Positions 47,973-61,589 of a DNA stretch of 64,000 nt are shown piece by piece. Origin of the DNA: Squalus acanthias (taxonomy: Eukaryota). Positions within the stretch are counted from its first letter, which is position 1. Every line of letters starts with the position of its first letter. Below the pieces are notes generated by a model. The model was given only the letters and a program-made list of their open reading frames with translations. It was not told the DNA's origin and did not search any database. A program made the translations under genes and the position numbers. The DNA is taken from assembly GCA_030390025.1 (NCBI GenBank), contig CM059432.1, positions 12,152,001 through 12,216,000 on the forward strand, written 5' to 3'.

Positions 47973-50474
47973 CTAGAATGAAAGTGGTTACGGGCATGAG
48001 AGGAGCGCTCATGTCGCGCGTGGCCTGTCAGACTGTTAATCATCCTACGAAACCTTCCACTACTTCACACTGTTCTCCAAGGAAGGAGTGCGAAGATACA
48101 AGAACAACATCACCAAAATAATTACCGTTTTCTAGTGCGTGTGACACAGCGATACCGTGTTGTCGCCGGGTCCGCTCCAGTTAACCACCATTCATCTTTA
48201 TTCTACATCCTCGAGATTCCAAACGGGTAGAGTGTAGTTTGATGGGGAAACTACTACTTAAGAAGCATATGACTGCCGCGATACAGCAGATAGGTGCTGC
48301 CACAAGTCGGCTCCTACTCCGACACCATATAAAGCATCATCACCTGTGCCATTGCACCAGTTAGTTTTTCCTCGGTAGATGTTCTTTGCTCCTTGTGCCA
48401 GACATTTCCTTGTCATATGTTTGGAACAATCAGGTTAGATGTTAGAATATCAAACGTTCTGTTAATTTATCTGGCTTGTCCAGATTTCTGTATTTCCTTT
48501 TGGGTTTCACAGGAAATTAAGATGTCAGTACTAAGCATCGGACCTCCAGAAAATATCTAGGCTGGGTTCGTAAATATAAGATGGTCACTAATAAATCCAA
48601 TAGGGTATTCAGGAGAAACTTCATTACGCAGAGAGTGGTGAGAATGTGGAACTCGCTACCACAGGGAGTGGTTGAGGTGAATAGCAAAGATGCATTTAAG
48701 GGGAAGCTAGATAAGTACATGAGGGGAGAAAGGAATAGAAGGATATGCAGATAGGGTTAGGGTGAGATGAAGTAGGACGGGAGGAGGCTCATGTGGAGCA
48801 TAAACACCGGCATAGACCAGTTGGGCCAAATGGCCTGTTTTATTTTTTTTATTCGTTCATGGGATGTGGGCATCGCTGGCAAAGCCAGCATTTATTGCCC
48901 ATCCCTAATTGCCCTTGAGAAGCCGCCTTCTTGAACCGCTGCAGTCCGTGTGGTGAATGTGCTCCCACAGTGCTGGTAGGGAGGGAGTTCCAGGATTTTG
49001 ACCCAGCGACGATGAAGGAACGGAGATATATTTCCAAGTCAGGATGGTGTGTGACTTGGAGGGGAACTTGCAGGTGATGGTGCTCCCATGCGCCTGCTGC
49101 CCTTGTCCTTCTAGGCGGTAGAGGTCGCGGGTTTGGGAGGTGCTGACGAAGAAGCCTTGGCGAGTTGCTGCAGTGCATCTTGTAGATGGTACACACTGCA
49201 GCCACGGTACGCCGGTGGTGGAGGGAGTGAATGTTTAAGGTGGTGGATGGGGTGCCAATCAAGCGGGCTGCTTTGTCCTGGATGGTGTCGAGCTTCTTGA
49301 GTGTTGTTGGAGCTGCACTCATCCAGGCAAGTGTGATATAAATTCTATGTAAATTACAGGACAAGCGTACAAAACTAAAACGATTCCCTACAGGTCCTAT
49401 GCTAACACCAGCGACCAATCCTTCAGTTGTTGGACGGACAAATATATAGGCACCAAATGAGGGTAGACTAGAAATTGGAGTTTTATACACTGAGCACGGA
49501 CTACTGTAGCTGGGGTGGGATCTCTTCACACTATGCTGACTTCGGGATAGTCAAAACGAACTGTAAATATCCCTGCAGGACATTAGGGGGCCTGACATAC
49601 CATAACCCAAGAAAGTATCTTGAAACAAGGCTGGCTTTATACTCGCCTTCCCCACTGGGTGAAACTGCTACCAGCATGAACGTGGTCCCTATTTCACTCT
49701 TTTCAGAGATATTCACACACTTCCTTCAGGGAGAGGATTTGGAAAAAACGGAGAGAAATTTGCCACTCATTCATAGACAGTGCACCAGATGTCACACTTT
49801 GGAACTTTTGATTTTTTTTTTCAATGAAAGAATTTGGTATTTGAGTTCTGTGTTTTAGAACAAAGTGAATAGCAAAGGGTTGCAGGCGATGAAGAATGCG
49901 CCTTAAAGCTGGACAGACCAGTTTGGGGAGTGCCACATCTCACAGTCTACTTCAAACTGATGCCACAACGGTCTGTTCATAGAATCATTGAAACTTACAG
50001 CACAGAAGGATGCCATTCGGCCCATGTGCCTGAAAGAGCAGTCGTGCTCAGTCCCACAACCCCGCTTTTTGTCCGTAACCCTGTGAGCTCCTCATCCTCC
50101 AGTACCCGTCCGACTCCCTTTTAAAATTATTTCTGGAATCGGCTTCCACCACCTGTTCCGGTCGAGCGTTCCAGATCCCCGACAACTCTCCGAGTGAAAA
50201 AGTTTCTCCTCATCTCCCCTCTAGATCTTTTGCCAATGATTTTAAATCTATGACCTCTGGTTATTGACCCACTCGCCAGAGGGAATACTTTTTCTGCTCA
50301 TCTACGCTTTTCAAAATCTTTGGGATATTGTTTCATCCCAAACGCATTAGCCAGGAAGACTGGGAATGTTAACCAGTTGTTATCTCATCTCAGTTGGCCA
50401 AGGAATATTCACACCCATTGTATTGAGGACGATCGCATTAGCGCGAGCACGGCACATGGGCCCAGATTTTGTGG

Positions 50475-52184
50475 GCAAAATAAAGGAAAATCCCAATGTG
50501 TTTTATAAGTATATTAAGGGCAAGAGGATAACCAGGGAAAGAGTAGGGCCCATTAGGGACCAAAGTGGCAATCTGTGTGTAGAGCCGGAAGATAAAGGTG
50601 AGGTTTTAAATGAATATTTTGCATCTGTGTTCACTATGGAGAAGGACGATGTAGGCATAGAAATCAGGCAGGGGGATTGTGATATACTTGAACGAATTAG
50701 TATTGAGAGGGAGGAGGTACTAGCGGTTTTAGCGGGCTTAAAAGTGGATAAATCCCCAGGCCCAGACGAGATGTATCCCAGGCTGCTGTGTGAGGCAAGA
50801 GAGGAGATTGCAGGGGCTCTGACACAAATTTTCAGAACCTCTCTGGCCACAGGGGAGGTGCCAGAGGACTGGAGGACAGCTAACGTAGTACCATTATTCA
50901 AGAAGGGTAGTAGGGATAAACCAAGGAATTACAGGCCAGTGAGCCTAACATCAGTGGTAGGGAAATTATTGGAAAAACTTCTGAGGGACAGAATTAGTCT
51001 CCACTTGGAGAGGCAAGGATTAATCAAGGATAGTCAGCATGGCTTTGTCAGGGGGAGATTATGTCTAACCAATTTGATTGAATTTTTCGAGGGGGTGACG
51101 AGGTGTGTGGATGAGGGTAGTGCAGTTGATGTAGTCTACATGGACTTCAGTAAGGCTTTTGACAAAGTCCCACATGGGAGAAGGTAAGAGCCCATGGGAT
51201 CCAGGGCAATTTGGCACATTGGATCCAAAATTGGCTTAGTGGCAGGAGGCAGAGGGTGATGGTCGAAGGTTGTTTTTGTGACTGGAAGCCTGTGTCCAGT
51301 GGTGTACCGCAGGGATCGGTGCTGGGTCCTTTGCTGTTTGTAGTGTACATTAATGATTTAGATATGAATGTAGGAGGTATGATCAGTAAGTTCGCAGATG
51401 ACACGAAAATTGGTGGAGTGGTAAATAGCGAGGAGGGAAGCCTCAGGCTACAGGACGATATAGATGGGTTGGTTAGATGGGCAGAACAGTGGCAAATGGA
51501 ATTTAACCCTGAAAAGTGTGAGGTGATGCATTTTGGGAGGACTAACAAGACAAGGGAATACACAATAAATGGTAGGACCCTAGGAAGGACAGAGGATCAG
51601 AGGTGTGCATGTACATAGATCCCTGAAGGCAGCAGGACAGGTAGATAAGGTGGTTAAAAAGGCATATGGGATACTTACCTTCATTAGCCGAGGCATAGAA
51701 TATAAGAGCAGGGAGGTTATGATGGAGCTGTACAAAACGCTAGTTAGGCCGCAACTGGAATACTGTGTGCAGTTCTGGTCGCCACACTATAGGAAGGATG
51801 TGATTGCATTGGAGAGGGTGCAGAGGAGATTCACCAGGATGTTACCTGGGCTGGAGCGCTTCAGCTATGAAGAGAGACTGGACAGGCTGGGGTTGTTTTC
51901 CTTAGAGCAGAGAAGGCTGAGGGGGGACCTGATTGAGGTGTACAAAATGATGAGGGGCATAGATAGGGTAGGTAGAAAGGAACTTTTCCCCTTAGTAGAG
52001 GGGTCAATAACCAGGGGGTATAGTGTCAAGGTAAGGGGCAGGAGGTTTAGAGGAGATTTGAGGAAAAACTTTTTCACCCAGAGGGTGGTTGGAATCTGGA
52101 ACTCACTGCCTGAAAGGGTGGTAGAGGCAGGAACCCTCACAACATTCAAGAAGCATTTAGATGAGCACTTGAAACGCCATAGCA
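50475..52184 (+). mobile_element. CR1 ORF2 fragment with frameshifts
   Basis: Successive frames 50366..51187, 51211..51618 and 51605..52195 carry CR1 RT motifs. Confidence 0.93.
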
Positions 52185-52700
52185 TAAGAACATAAGAACA
52201 TAAGAAATAGGAGTAGGAGTAGGCCAATCGGCCCTTCGAGCCTGCTCCGCCATTCAATAAGATCATGGCTGATCTGATCCTCACCTCAAATCTAAAGAAC
52301 ACAAGAAGTAGGAGCAGGACCCGGCCACTCAGCCCCTGGGCCCACTACGCCACCCACAGGGCCTCGACCGATCCGAACTCAGCCTCATGTCCAATTTCCT
52401 GCCCGCTCCCCGTAACCCCTAATTCCCTTTACTTCTAGGAAACTGTCTATTTCTGTTTTAAATTTATTTAATGATGTAGCTTCCACAGCTTCCTGGGGCA
52501 GCAAATTCCACAGACCTACTACCCTCTGAGTGAAGAAGTTTCTCCTCATCTCAGTTTTGAAAGAGCAGCCCCTTATTCTAAGATTATGCCCCCTAGTTCT
52601 AGTTTCACCCATCCTTGGGAACATCCTTACCGCATCCACCCGATCAAGCCCCTTCACAATCTTATATGTTTCAATAAGATCGCCTCTCATTCTTCTGAAC
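52183..52700 (-). mobile_element. CR1 3' end with internally duplicated 3' UTR; related copy at ~63627-64000
   Basis: CR1 C-terminus in ORF 52385..52801; the 'taggagcagga...ggcc' block occurs twice in the UTR of both copies. Confidence 0.8.
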
Positions 52701-52897
52701 TCCAACTCCAACTCCAACTCCAATAGTCCATACAAGGCTACGGACCAAGTGCTGGAAAATGAGATTAGAATAGACAGGGGCTTGATGGCCAGCGCGGACA
52801 CGATGGGCTGAAGGGCCTCTTTCTGTGCTGTATAACTCTAAGACTCTATAAAAATGCAGATGGATGGAAGAGTTACACTGCTGTTTTGTGTTCGCAG

Positions 52898-53006
52898 TTT
52901 CGTTCTGGTGAACAGCATTGCTTTGCAAGGGGATGGCTGTTCCATCTGCAAGAAAGTAGAAAATGATCTTCATCAACTCTCCTTGGCATTAAATTGCTCC
53001 CGCCAG
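52898..53006 (+). CDS. MPPE1: MPPE1 coding exon 5 (later exons not found in the window)
   Basis: FVLVNSIALQGDGCSICKKVENDLHQLSLALNCSRQ; acceptor ttcgcag, donor gtaagt. Confidence 0.92.
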
Positions 53007-54199
53007 GTAAGTTAACACCATTTGCAGAACTGCTGGGACTAATTCCAATGAATGAATACACAGTTAAAATTATTTATTTTAAAAAAACCAAGTTGATTTG
53101 ATCTGGAACGCACTGTCTGAAAAGGTGGTGGAAGCAGATTAATAGCAACTTTCAAAAGGGAATCGGATAAAAACTTGAAAAGAAAAAAAGAAAGACTTGT
53201 ATTTATATATTCAGATTTGGATATGATCCATAAGATTCTCTGACGTCAGCAGAGTGGCTCTAAGCTTTGTGCGTAAGAAAAGAAAGAAAGACTTGCATTT
53301 ATATAGCGCCTTTCACGACCACCGGACGTCTCAAAGCGCTTTACAGCCAACAAAGTACTTTTTTGAAGTGGAGTCACTGTTGTAATGTAGGAAACGCGGC
53401 AGCCAATTTGCGCACAGCAAGATCCCACAAACAGCAATGCGATAATGACCAGATAATCTGTTTTTGTTATGTTGATTGAGGATAAATATTGGCCATGGGG
53501 AAAGAGCAGGGGGGAGGAGGGCTGATTGGACAGCTCTCCCAAAGAGCCGGCACAGGCACGATGGGCCGAATGACCTCCTTCCGTGCTGTATGATTCTAAC
53601 ATGCAAGAATACCAATCAATATACCATTTACTTTCCATTCTAGCCTTGTTGTAAGTATTAAATATTTGATATAAACATTGACAGTGATGCAATTGATTCA
53701 GTTCACTGATTTGTGGCAGTGACATTTATTTAAAAAAATTATTAAAAAATGTTTAGTTCAAATAAAAGCTCAGATTATTTTCTTATCTGGTCAAAATGCC
53801 ACCGATATCTTGTCTAATTGCGACTGTGGTGCTTCATCAATCCTTGAGCTCTCCATTACCTTTGATACAATTAACCCTCTCCTCGCCTTTCCTTTGTGGT
53901 CCACTTTTTGCACCTCCCAGTGTAGCCAACATGGCTGCATCTTCCATTCCCACACGGTCAGCTCTGGCATGCCCCATACTCTGTCCCTGCTGCCTCCTAT
54001 TTCTCATACATGCTGCCCCTTGGTGATATTATCCATAAGCATGGGGTCAAATTGCACATGTTGGTCAGTGACCTCTAGCTTTGCCACTTCTCCGCTACCT
54101 TCGACTCTACGATTGTCTCTGTGCTGTCTGATTGCTCGTCTGACGTAAAGTCACGGATAAGCCACAACTTCCTCTAAATAAACATCAGCAAGACCAAAG

Positions 54200-56310
54200 C
54201 AATCATGGAATCAAAGAATGGTTACAGCACGGAAGAAGGCCATTCGGCCCGTCGAGCTCGTGTCGACTCTCGGCTAGTCCCACTCCCCCGCCCTTTCCCC
54301 GTAGCCCTGCAATTTTTTTTCCTTCAGATACTTATCCAACTCCCTTTTGAAAGATTAAGATTGAGTTTGCCTCCACCACCCTTTCAGGCAGTGCATTCCA
54401 GATCCTAACCACTCGCTGCGTAAAAAAAAGTTTTTTCTTACGCCGCCTTTGGTTCTTTTGCCAATCACCTTGAATCTGTGTCCTCTGGTTCTCGACCCTT
54501 CTGCCAATGGGAACAGTTTCTCTCTACCTACTCTGTCTAGACCCCTCATGATTTTGAACATCTCTATCAAAGCTCCTCTCAATCTTCTCTGCTCCAAGGA
54601 GAAGAACTCCAGCTTCTCTAGTCTATCCACGTAACTGAAGTCCCTCATCCCTGGAATCATTCTCGTAAATCTTTTCTGCACCTTCTCTAAGGCCTTCACA
54701 TCCTTCCTAAAGTGTGGTGCCCAGAATTGGACACAGTACCAGTGTTTTATACAGGTTCATCATAACTTCCACACTTTTGTACTCTATACCTCTGTTCATG
54801 AAGCCCAGGATCCCGTAAGCCTTTTTAACTGCTTTCTCAACCTGCCCTGCCACCTTCAACGATTTGTGCACATATACCCCCAGGACTCTCTGTTCGTGCA
54901 CCCCCTTCAGGATTGTACCATTTAGTTTATATGTCCTCTCATTCTTTCTACCAAAATGTATCACTTCACACTTTTGTGCGTTAAATCTCATCTGCCACGT
55001 GTCTTCCCATTTCACCAGCCTGTTTCTGTCTTCCTGAAGTCTATCACTCTCCTCCTCACTGTTCACTATATTTCCAAGTTTTGTGTCATCTGCAAATTTT
55101 GAAATTGTGCCCTGTACTCCCAAGTCCAAGTCATTAATATATATCAAGAAAAGCAGTGGTCCTAGAACCGACCCCTGGGGAACACCACTGTGTACCTTCC
55201 TCCAGCCCGAAAAACAACTGTTCACCACTACTCTCTGTTTTCTGTCACTTAGCCAATTTCGTATCCATGCTGCCACTGTCCCTTTTATTCCATGGGCTTC
55301 AACTTTGCTGGCAAGCCTATTATGTGGCACTTTGTTGAACGCCTTTTGGAAATCCATTTACACCACATCAACCGCATTGCCCTCATCAACCTTCTCTTAC
55401 CTTATCAAAAAACTTGATCAAGTTGGTTAAACACGATTTGCTTTTAACAAATCCGTGCTGGCTTTCCTTAATTAATCCACACCTATCCAAGTGACTGTTA
55501 ATTTTGTCCCTGATTACTGTTTCTAAAAGCTTCCCCACTACCGAGGTTAAACTGACTGGCCTGTAGTTGCTGGGTTTATCTTTACATCCTTTTTTGAACA
55601 ATGGTGTAACATTTGTAATTCTCCAGTCCTCTGGCACCACCCCCCGAATCTAAGGAGGATTGGAATATTATGGCCAGTACCTCCGCGATTTCTGCCCTCA
55701 ATTCCCTCAGCATCCTAGGATGCATCCCATCTGCTCCTGGTGATTTATCCATTTTAAGTACAGCCAGCCTTTCTAATGCCTCTTTATCAATTTTTATCCT
55801 ATCAAGTGTCTCTACTACCTCCTCCTTCACTATGTCTATGGCAGCATCCTCTTCCTTGGTGAAGACAGATGCTAAGTACTCATTTAGTACCTCAGCCATG
55901 CCCTCTGCCTCCATGCACAGGCCTCCTTTTTGGTCCCTAATCGGCCTCACCCCTCCTCTTACCAACTTTTTGCTATTTATATGCCTATAGAAGACTTTTG
56001 GATTATCTTTTTATGTTGGCTGCCATTCTATTCTCATACCCTTTCTTTGCCCCTCTTATTTTCTTTTTCACTTCTCCTCTGACCTTTCTATATATAGCCT
56101 GATTCTCAGATGTATTTGCAACCTGATATCTGTCATACGTGCTCTTTTTCTGCTTCATCATATTCTCTATCTCGTTCGTCATCCAGGGAGCTCCGACTTT
56201 AGTTGCCCTACCTTTCCCCCTCGTGGGAATGTACCTCGACTGTACCCGAACTATTTCCTCTTTAACGGCAGCCCATTGTTCCACTACAGTTTTGCCTGCC
56301 AATCTTTGAT
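54200..56310 (-). mobile_element. CR1 ORF2 fragment, frameshifted
   Basis: Five successive minus-strand frames from 54355 to 56347 carry CR1 RT motifs. Confidence 0.93.
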
Positions 56311-56699
56311 TCTTGACGGAAACTCCGTATATTCGCCCCAATTTCATCCTCTTGGGCTCCTCACTTCGGCTGAACCCAGTAGTGAGCAGTGAGTGTCCTG
56401 CTTAAGCTGAGTTGGGCTTCAAATCACATATCCAGTTGCCACCAGGACTCCCTCTATCCTTTCTGACGAAAGGTCATTGACCTGAAACGTTAACTCTGTT
56501 TCTCTCTCCACAGATGCTGCCTGACCTGCTGAGTATTTCCAGCATTCTCTGTTTTTACACTGTAAGACTTAACTGTTGTGTCTCTATCTCTGCTGCAGAA
56601 AGATTTTTACCTTTAAACATCTGGCTGGGTCTCTGCTGAACTGGTTCTACTGCTTTTTCAGCTCTGCTGGCTCGTAGGTAGCAGCTCCACTTGCTGTCC

Positions 56700-59600
56700 G
56701 GTGACTCGTTCTACCGGTTTTCAGCTTTGCTGGTCACTGGTTTATGGTTTTACTTTTTCTCCGCCGCTTCGATCTACGGTGACCTCCAACTTGCGTCAAT
56801 TTCACCATCATCTTTCTGCACCGCTACCGACTCTCATTCCGACGGCAACAACCTCCATCCTCGAACTCCCTACCCTTCAAATAGCCTCTGGACTTCACTC
56901 ACCTGCTTTGGACAGCGGTTCGTCGATGCTCCGTGCCGGCCCCATCCTGCTTACGTCGGCTTTGTCCTTCCCTGGGACCTCTGACTTTGACCCTGGTCTC
57001 CCTACTATTGTCCCCAACCTATTCCCTGCTACCAGGAAATATGTATCCCATTAGTTACTACATTTAACCAGGCCTGTGTAACCTGAGCTTTTCCCGTGTC
57101 CATTTGCGTGCGCACTTTGGCTGCCGCTCCAGACCCGAGCCATTCCACTTTTCCCCCCTAGTTTCCTTTTCTCTCTATCTCTCCCTGACCGCACTCTCCT
57201 GTCGTCATGCCTCCTTTCATCTCTCCTCTCTCGGATACTCTGCCCTCCCAAATCCCTACCCCAATCCTTCATTACTCTTCGACCTTCCTACTCTCCTGTC
57301 GCCGTCCCAGGCTTGACTCCCTCTTAGATAAGCCCACAGATTCCCTCTGTGCCTCTCTTGGCATCCTACGAAGGGCCCATCGAGGCACTCGTCGCTGCCT
57401 CCTTACGAGCAGCAACCCCAACTGTCCCATCCTACTCTCTCACCGACCACCCTGCCCAGCGCGCCCACTGGGGGCAAATCTTGCCAATCTCCTCCCCATC
57501 CAACTCATCCCCCCCCCCAGCGCTGACCCTGTGGACACTGCCAGTGGGGCAGCCATCACCGACCCGCTCCGCATCTCCCTCCAGAATGTCCGTTCACTTG
57601 CGAACAAGGCCCTTGCCATCCATGAGCTTTTCGTGGATGATTGCATCGATATCATGGCCCTGACGGAAACTTGATTGAGGGGTGATGACCCCTCACCATT
57701 AAATGAAGCCTCCGCGGCTGGCTATACCTTCCACCACTTGCCCCGCTCAGACCGCCGTGGTGGCGGTGTGGCTCTCATCACCAAATCACACCTGGGTCTG
57801 TCCCCTACTCCTCCGGTAGTTTCTCCTCCTTTGAGCATCTCACCTTATTCCACCCCTCTCGCGTCTCATTTAAAATTCTTGTTCTCTACCGCCCGCCCGC
57901 CCAAGTACCATAAAAATTTTATTACTGAGATATCTTCACTGTTCTCCTCCCTCAGTCTCTGCACTGAACGACTTCTCATCCTTGGTGATTTCAACCTCCA
58001 TCTCAATTCATCATGCTCTCTCTCCTCCGAGTTCACTAGCCTCCTATCCTCCCGTAATCGCTTCCTCCATGTAAACTCCCCAACCCATATTCATGGTCAC
58101 CCCCTCGACCTTGCCATCTCTCGTGGCCTCGCTACTCCCATCGTGTCAATTGCAGATAAGGCCATCTCTGACCACTTCCTCGTATCGCTCTCCACCCACA
58201 TCCCCCCCATCCCCCGCAACCCAACTTCCTTCTGTGTCCGCCCCTGGAAAAAACTCTCTCCCAACTCTCTTACAACTGCATTTATGAAATCCCAACTGTC
58301 CAGCCTCTGGCCCTCCATTCACCATGATATTTCTGCAGCTACTGATCTGCTCAATCACACCCTCACCACCACCTTTGATGCCCTAGTCCCTACTAAACCA
58401 ATTACCCTCTCTCACCCTGGCCGTTCCCCCTGGTACAGCTCTCATCTTCGCTCCCTTAAGTCCAAGGAACGCAGACTTGAACGGATATGGCGGACAACTG
58501 GTTTAGCCATTCATTGCCAGATCTGGCTGGACCACATAAAGCACTATCGGGCCCTGCTCTCATCTGCCAAAATTGCTCACTATTCCAGAATCATTCTGAA
58601 ATGCAACGATAAACCCCGGCTCCTATTCTCTACTGCTAACCGTCTTCTTAAACCCCTCTCCCCTGTCTCCTCCACCCTCACCTCCGATAACAAGTGTGAG
58701 GAGCTCATGGATTTCTTTGATTCAAAGATTGAGACCATCCGTTCAGCTGCCTCTGCTACTTCCCTTCCTTCCCCTAGCCCACATGGCCAAACTTCTCTAA
58801 TGTTCCCCCCTGCCCTAGCCCTGGACTCACATCTTTCTCCAGTTTCTCTCCGATCTCCCCTCATGACCTCTCTGCGCTCACCTTGTCCAGGAGACCCACC
58901 TCCTGCTCCCTCGACCCTATTCCCACCAAACTGCTGACCACCCAACTTCCTTTTCTGGCTCCCATGTTAGCTGATATTGTTAATGGTTCTCTCTCCTCAG
59001 GTACTGTCCCCCTCTCCCTCAAATCTGCCATCATCACCCCTCTCCTCAAAAAACCAACCCTTGACCCCTCTGTCCTTGCAAACTACCGCTCCATCTCCAA
59101 CCTCCCTTTCCTCTCCAAAGTCCTTGAACGTGTTGTCGCCTCCCAAATCCGTGCCCATCTTTCCCGCAATTCCATGTTTGAATTCCTCCAATCAGGCTTC
59201 CACCCTTGCCACAGTACAGAAACTGCTCTCATCAAAGTCACAAATGACATCCTTTGTGACTGTGACAAAGGTAAACTATCCCTCCTTGTTCTTCTTGACT
59301 TGTCTGCAGCCTTTGACACGGTTGACCACTCCATCCTTCTCCAATGCCTCTCCACCGTCGTCCAGCTGGGAGGGACTGCACTTGCCTGGTTCCATTCTTA
59401 TCTATCTAATCGTAACCAGAGAATCACCTGCAACGGCTTCTCTTCCCGCTCCCGCATCATTACCTCTGGTGTCCCCCAAGGATCTATCCTTGGCCCCCTC
59501 CTATTTCTCATCTACATGTTGCCCATTGGCGACATCATCCGAAAACACAGCGTCAGTTTCCACATGTACGCTGACGACACCCAGCTCTACCTCACTACTT

Positions 59601-60527
59601 CTTCTCTCGACCCCTCCACGGTGTCTAAATTGTCAGACTGCTTGTCCGACACAGTTCTGGATGAGCAAAAATTTTCTCCAATTAAATATTGGGAAGACTG
59701 AAGCCATTGTTTTCGGCCCCCGCCACAAACTCCGTTCCCTAGCCACTGACTCCATCCCTCTCCCTAACATCTGTCTGAGGCTGAACCACACTGTTCGCAA
59801 CCTTGGTGTCATATTTGACCCTGAAATGAGCTTCCGACCACATATCCGCAGCATAACAAAGACCGCCTATTTCCACCTCCGTAACATCGCCCGTCTCCGC
59901 CCTTGCCTCACCTCATCTGCTGCTGAAACCTTTATCCATGCCTTTGTTACCTCTAGACTTGACTATTCCAACGCACTCCTGGCTGGCCTCCCACATTCCA
60001 CCCTACGTAAAATTGAGGTCATCCAAAACTCTGCTGCCCGTGTCCTAACTCGCACCAAGTCCCGTTCGCCCATCACCCCTGTGCTCGCTGACCTACATTG
60101 ACTCTCGGTTAAGCAGCGCCTCGATTTCAAAATTCTCATCCTTGTTTTCAAATCCCTCCATGTCCTCGCCCCTTCCTATCTCTGTAATCTCCTTCTGCCC
60201 CACAACCCTCTGAGATATCTACGCTCCTCTAATTCTGCCCTCTTGAGCATCCCTGATTATAATCACTCAACCATTGGCGGCCGTGCCTTCTGTTGCCTAA
60301 GCTCTGGAATTCCCTCCCTAAACCTCTTCACCTCGCTACCTCTCTCTCCTCCTTTAAGACACTCCTTAAAACCTACCTCTTTGACCAAGCTTTTGGTCAC
60401 CTGCCTTAATTTATCCTCATGTGGCTCAGTGTCAAATTTTTTGTCTTAAAATACTCCTGTGCAGCACCTTGGGACGTTTTACTACGTTAAAGGCGCTTTA
60501 TAAATGCAAATTGTTGTTGTTGTTGTT
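56700..60527 (+). mobile_element. Long L2-clade LINE (APE endonuclease plus RT), disrupted; 5' boundary uncertain
   Basis: Motifs LQNVRSL, ALTET, GGGVA, LGDFN, SDH, LDLSAAFDTVDH, GVPQGSILGP and YADD; (ttg)n tail; one stop and two frameshifts. Confidence 0.92.
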
Positions 60528-61589
60528 TTACTCCCTATGTCCCCAGTGTGTCAATTTCAAAATTCCAGCCCTAGCTCACATCCACCATGGGGCTCATTGT
60601 ATCCTTTCTATTTAACCTTCCCCCACTCCCCCCAGCCCTGTGTCCCAACTTACAGCCTCTACTGTTCTAAGTCTCAAGTACTTTATATTCAACTTTTCCC
60701 CCCCTCCCCCAATCAGTTTCAGGGCCATCAGCCACCATCTCCTTTCTCTTCCTACAGCCCCTTCCCTCTCTCTACATCTTTCTCTGCTTTCGAAAGCCTC
60801 CTTTAAGCTCATCTCTCTGACTAAGCCTATTTGCACTTCTCCAACCTCCCATTCCTTGCTGGGTGTCTTGTCGGCCCATCTGTGAAGTACCTTGGGATGT
60901 TACGTTAAAGGTGCTATATCAGTGTGAATTATTTTGTGGATACATGACATGACAAGATATATGAAAGTAGAAGACTTCTCACAGCCTCTTGGGCTCAGAT
61001 TTAGTTTGTTTCAGGTTCCTCCTGCCATGCAAGTGCACCTCTGCCTACCCAACGACGTATGGGGCGAAATGGTCTGACTCAGGCTTTCTCAATAGACGGC
61101 TTCATAAGATAGTCAGCATATTCAGTCTTGCTACCTCCTTCATTGAAATCATGTTTTTTAGGATCATTCTGGCAGACGATAACAGACAGACTTTGTTCTG
61201 GGAAAAGGGTAAACCCCACAGTTCATTTCAGCAATGACCTTTCTTGTACTGCCATCATAGGAGCACACACCTTAACTTTGGACTCTGTTATATCGTCTCC
61301 CCTCTGTCCTCTTTATGACCAGACATGAATCTCCAAATCTCTACCATGCCTTTTACCTGAATTCCCTCTGTGCCCAATCGTGTGCGCATTTTGGCTGCTA
61401 CTCCGGACCTGAGCCCATTACTTCTATATCTCTTTGTTATCTTGGCCCCTCTCAGTCCCTTCTTTCCTGTCTCCTCCCCTTCCTGTCACTCAGTCGTGCC
61501 ACCTTTAATTTCTCCCTTTGCACCCCCCCCCCTCCAATCTCTACGCCAATCAGCTACCCTCCTCTGCCTTCCTGCTGTCATGGTTCCAT

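Noticed and set aside
61015..61071. Possible next MPPE1 exon after tttgtttcag
   Set aside because: The translation does not resemble the expected MPPE1 continuation (..P.LLQHYPLYR) and the donor is weak.
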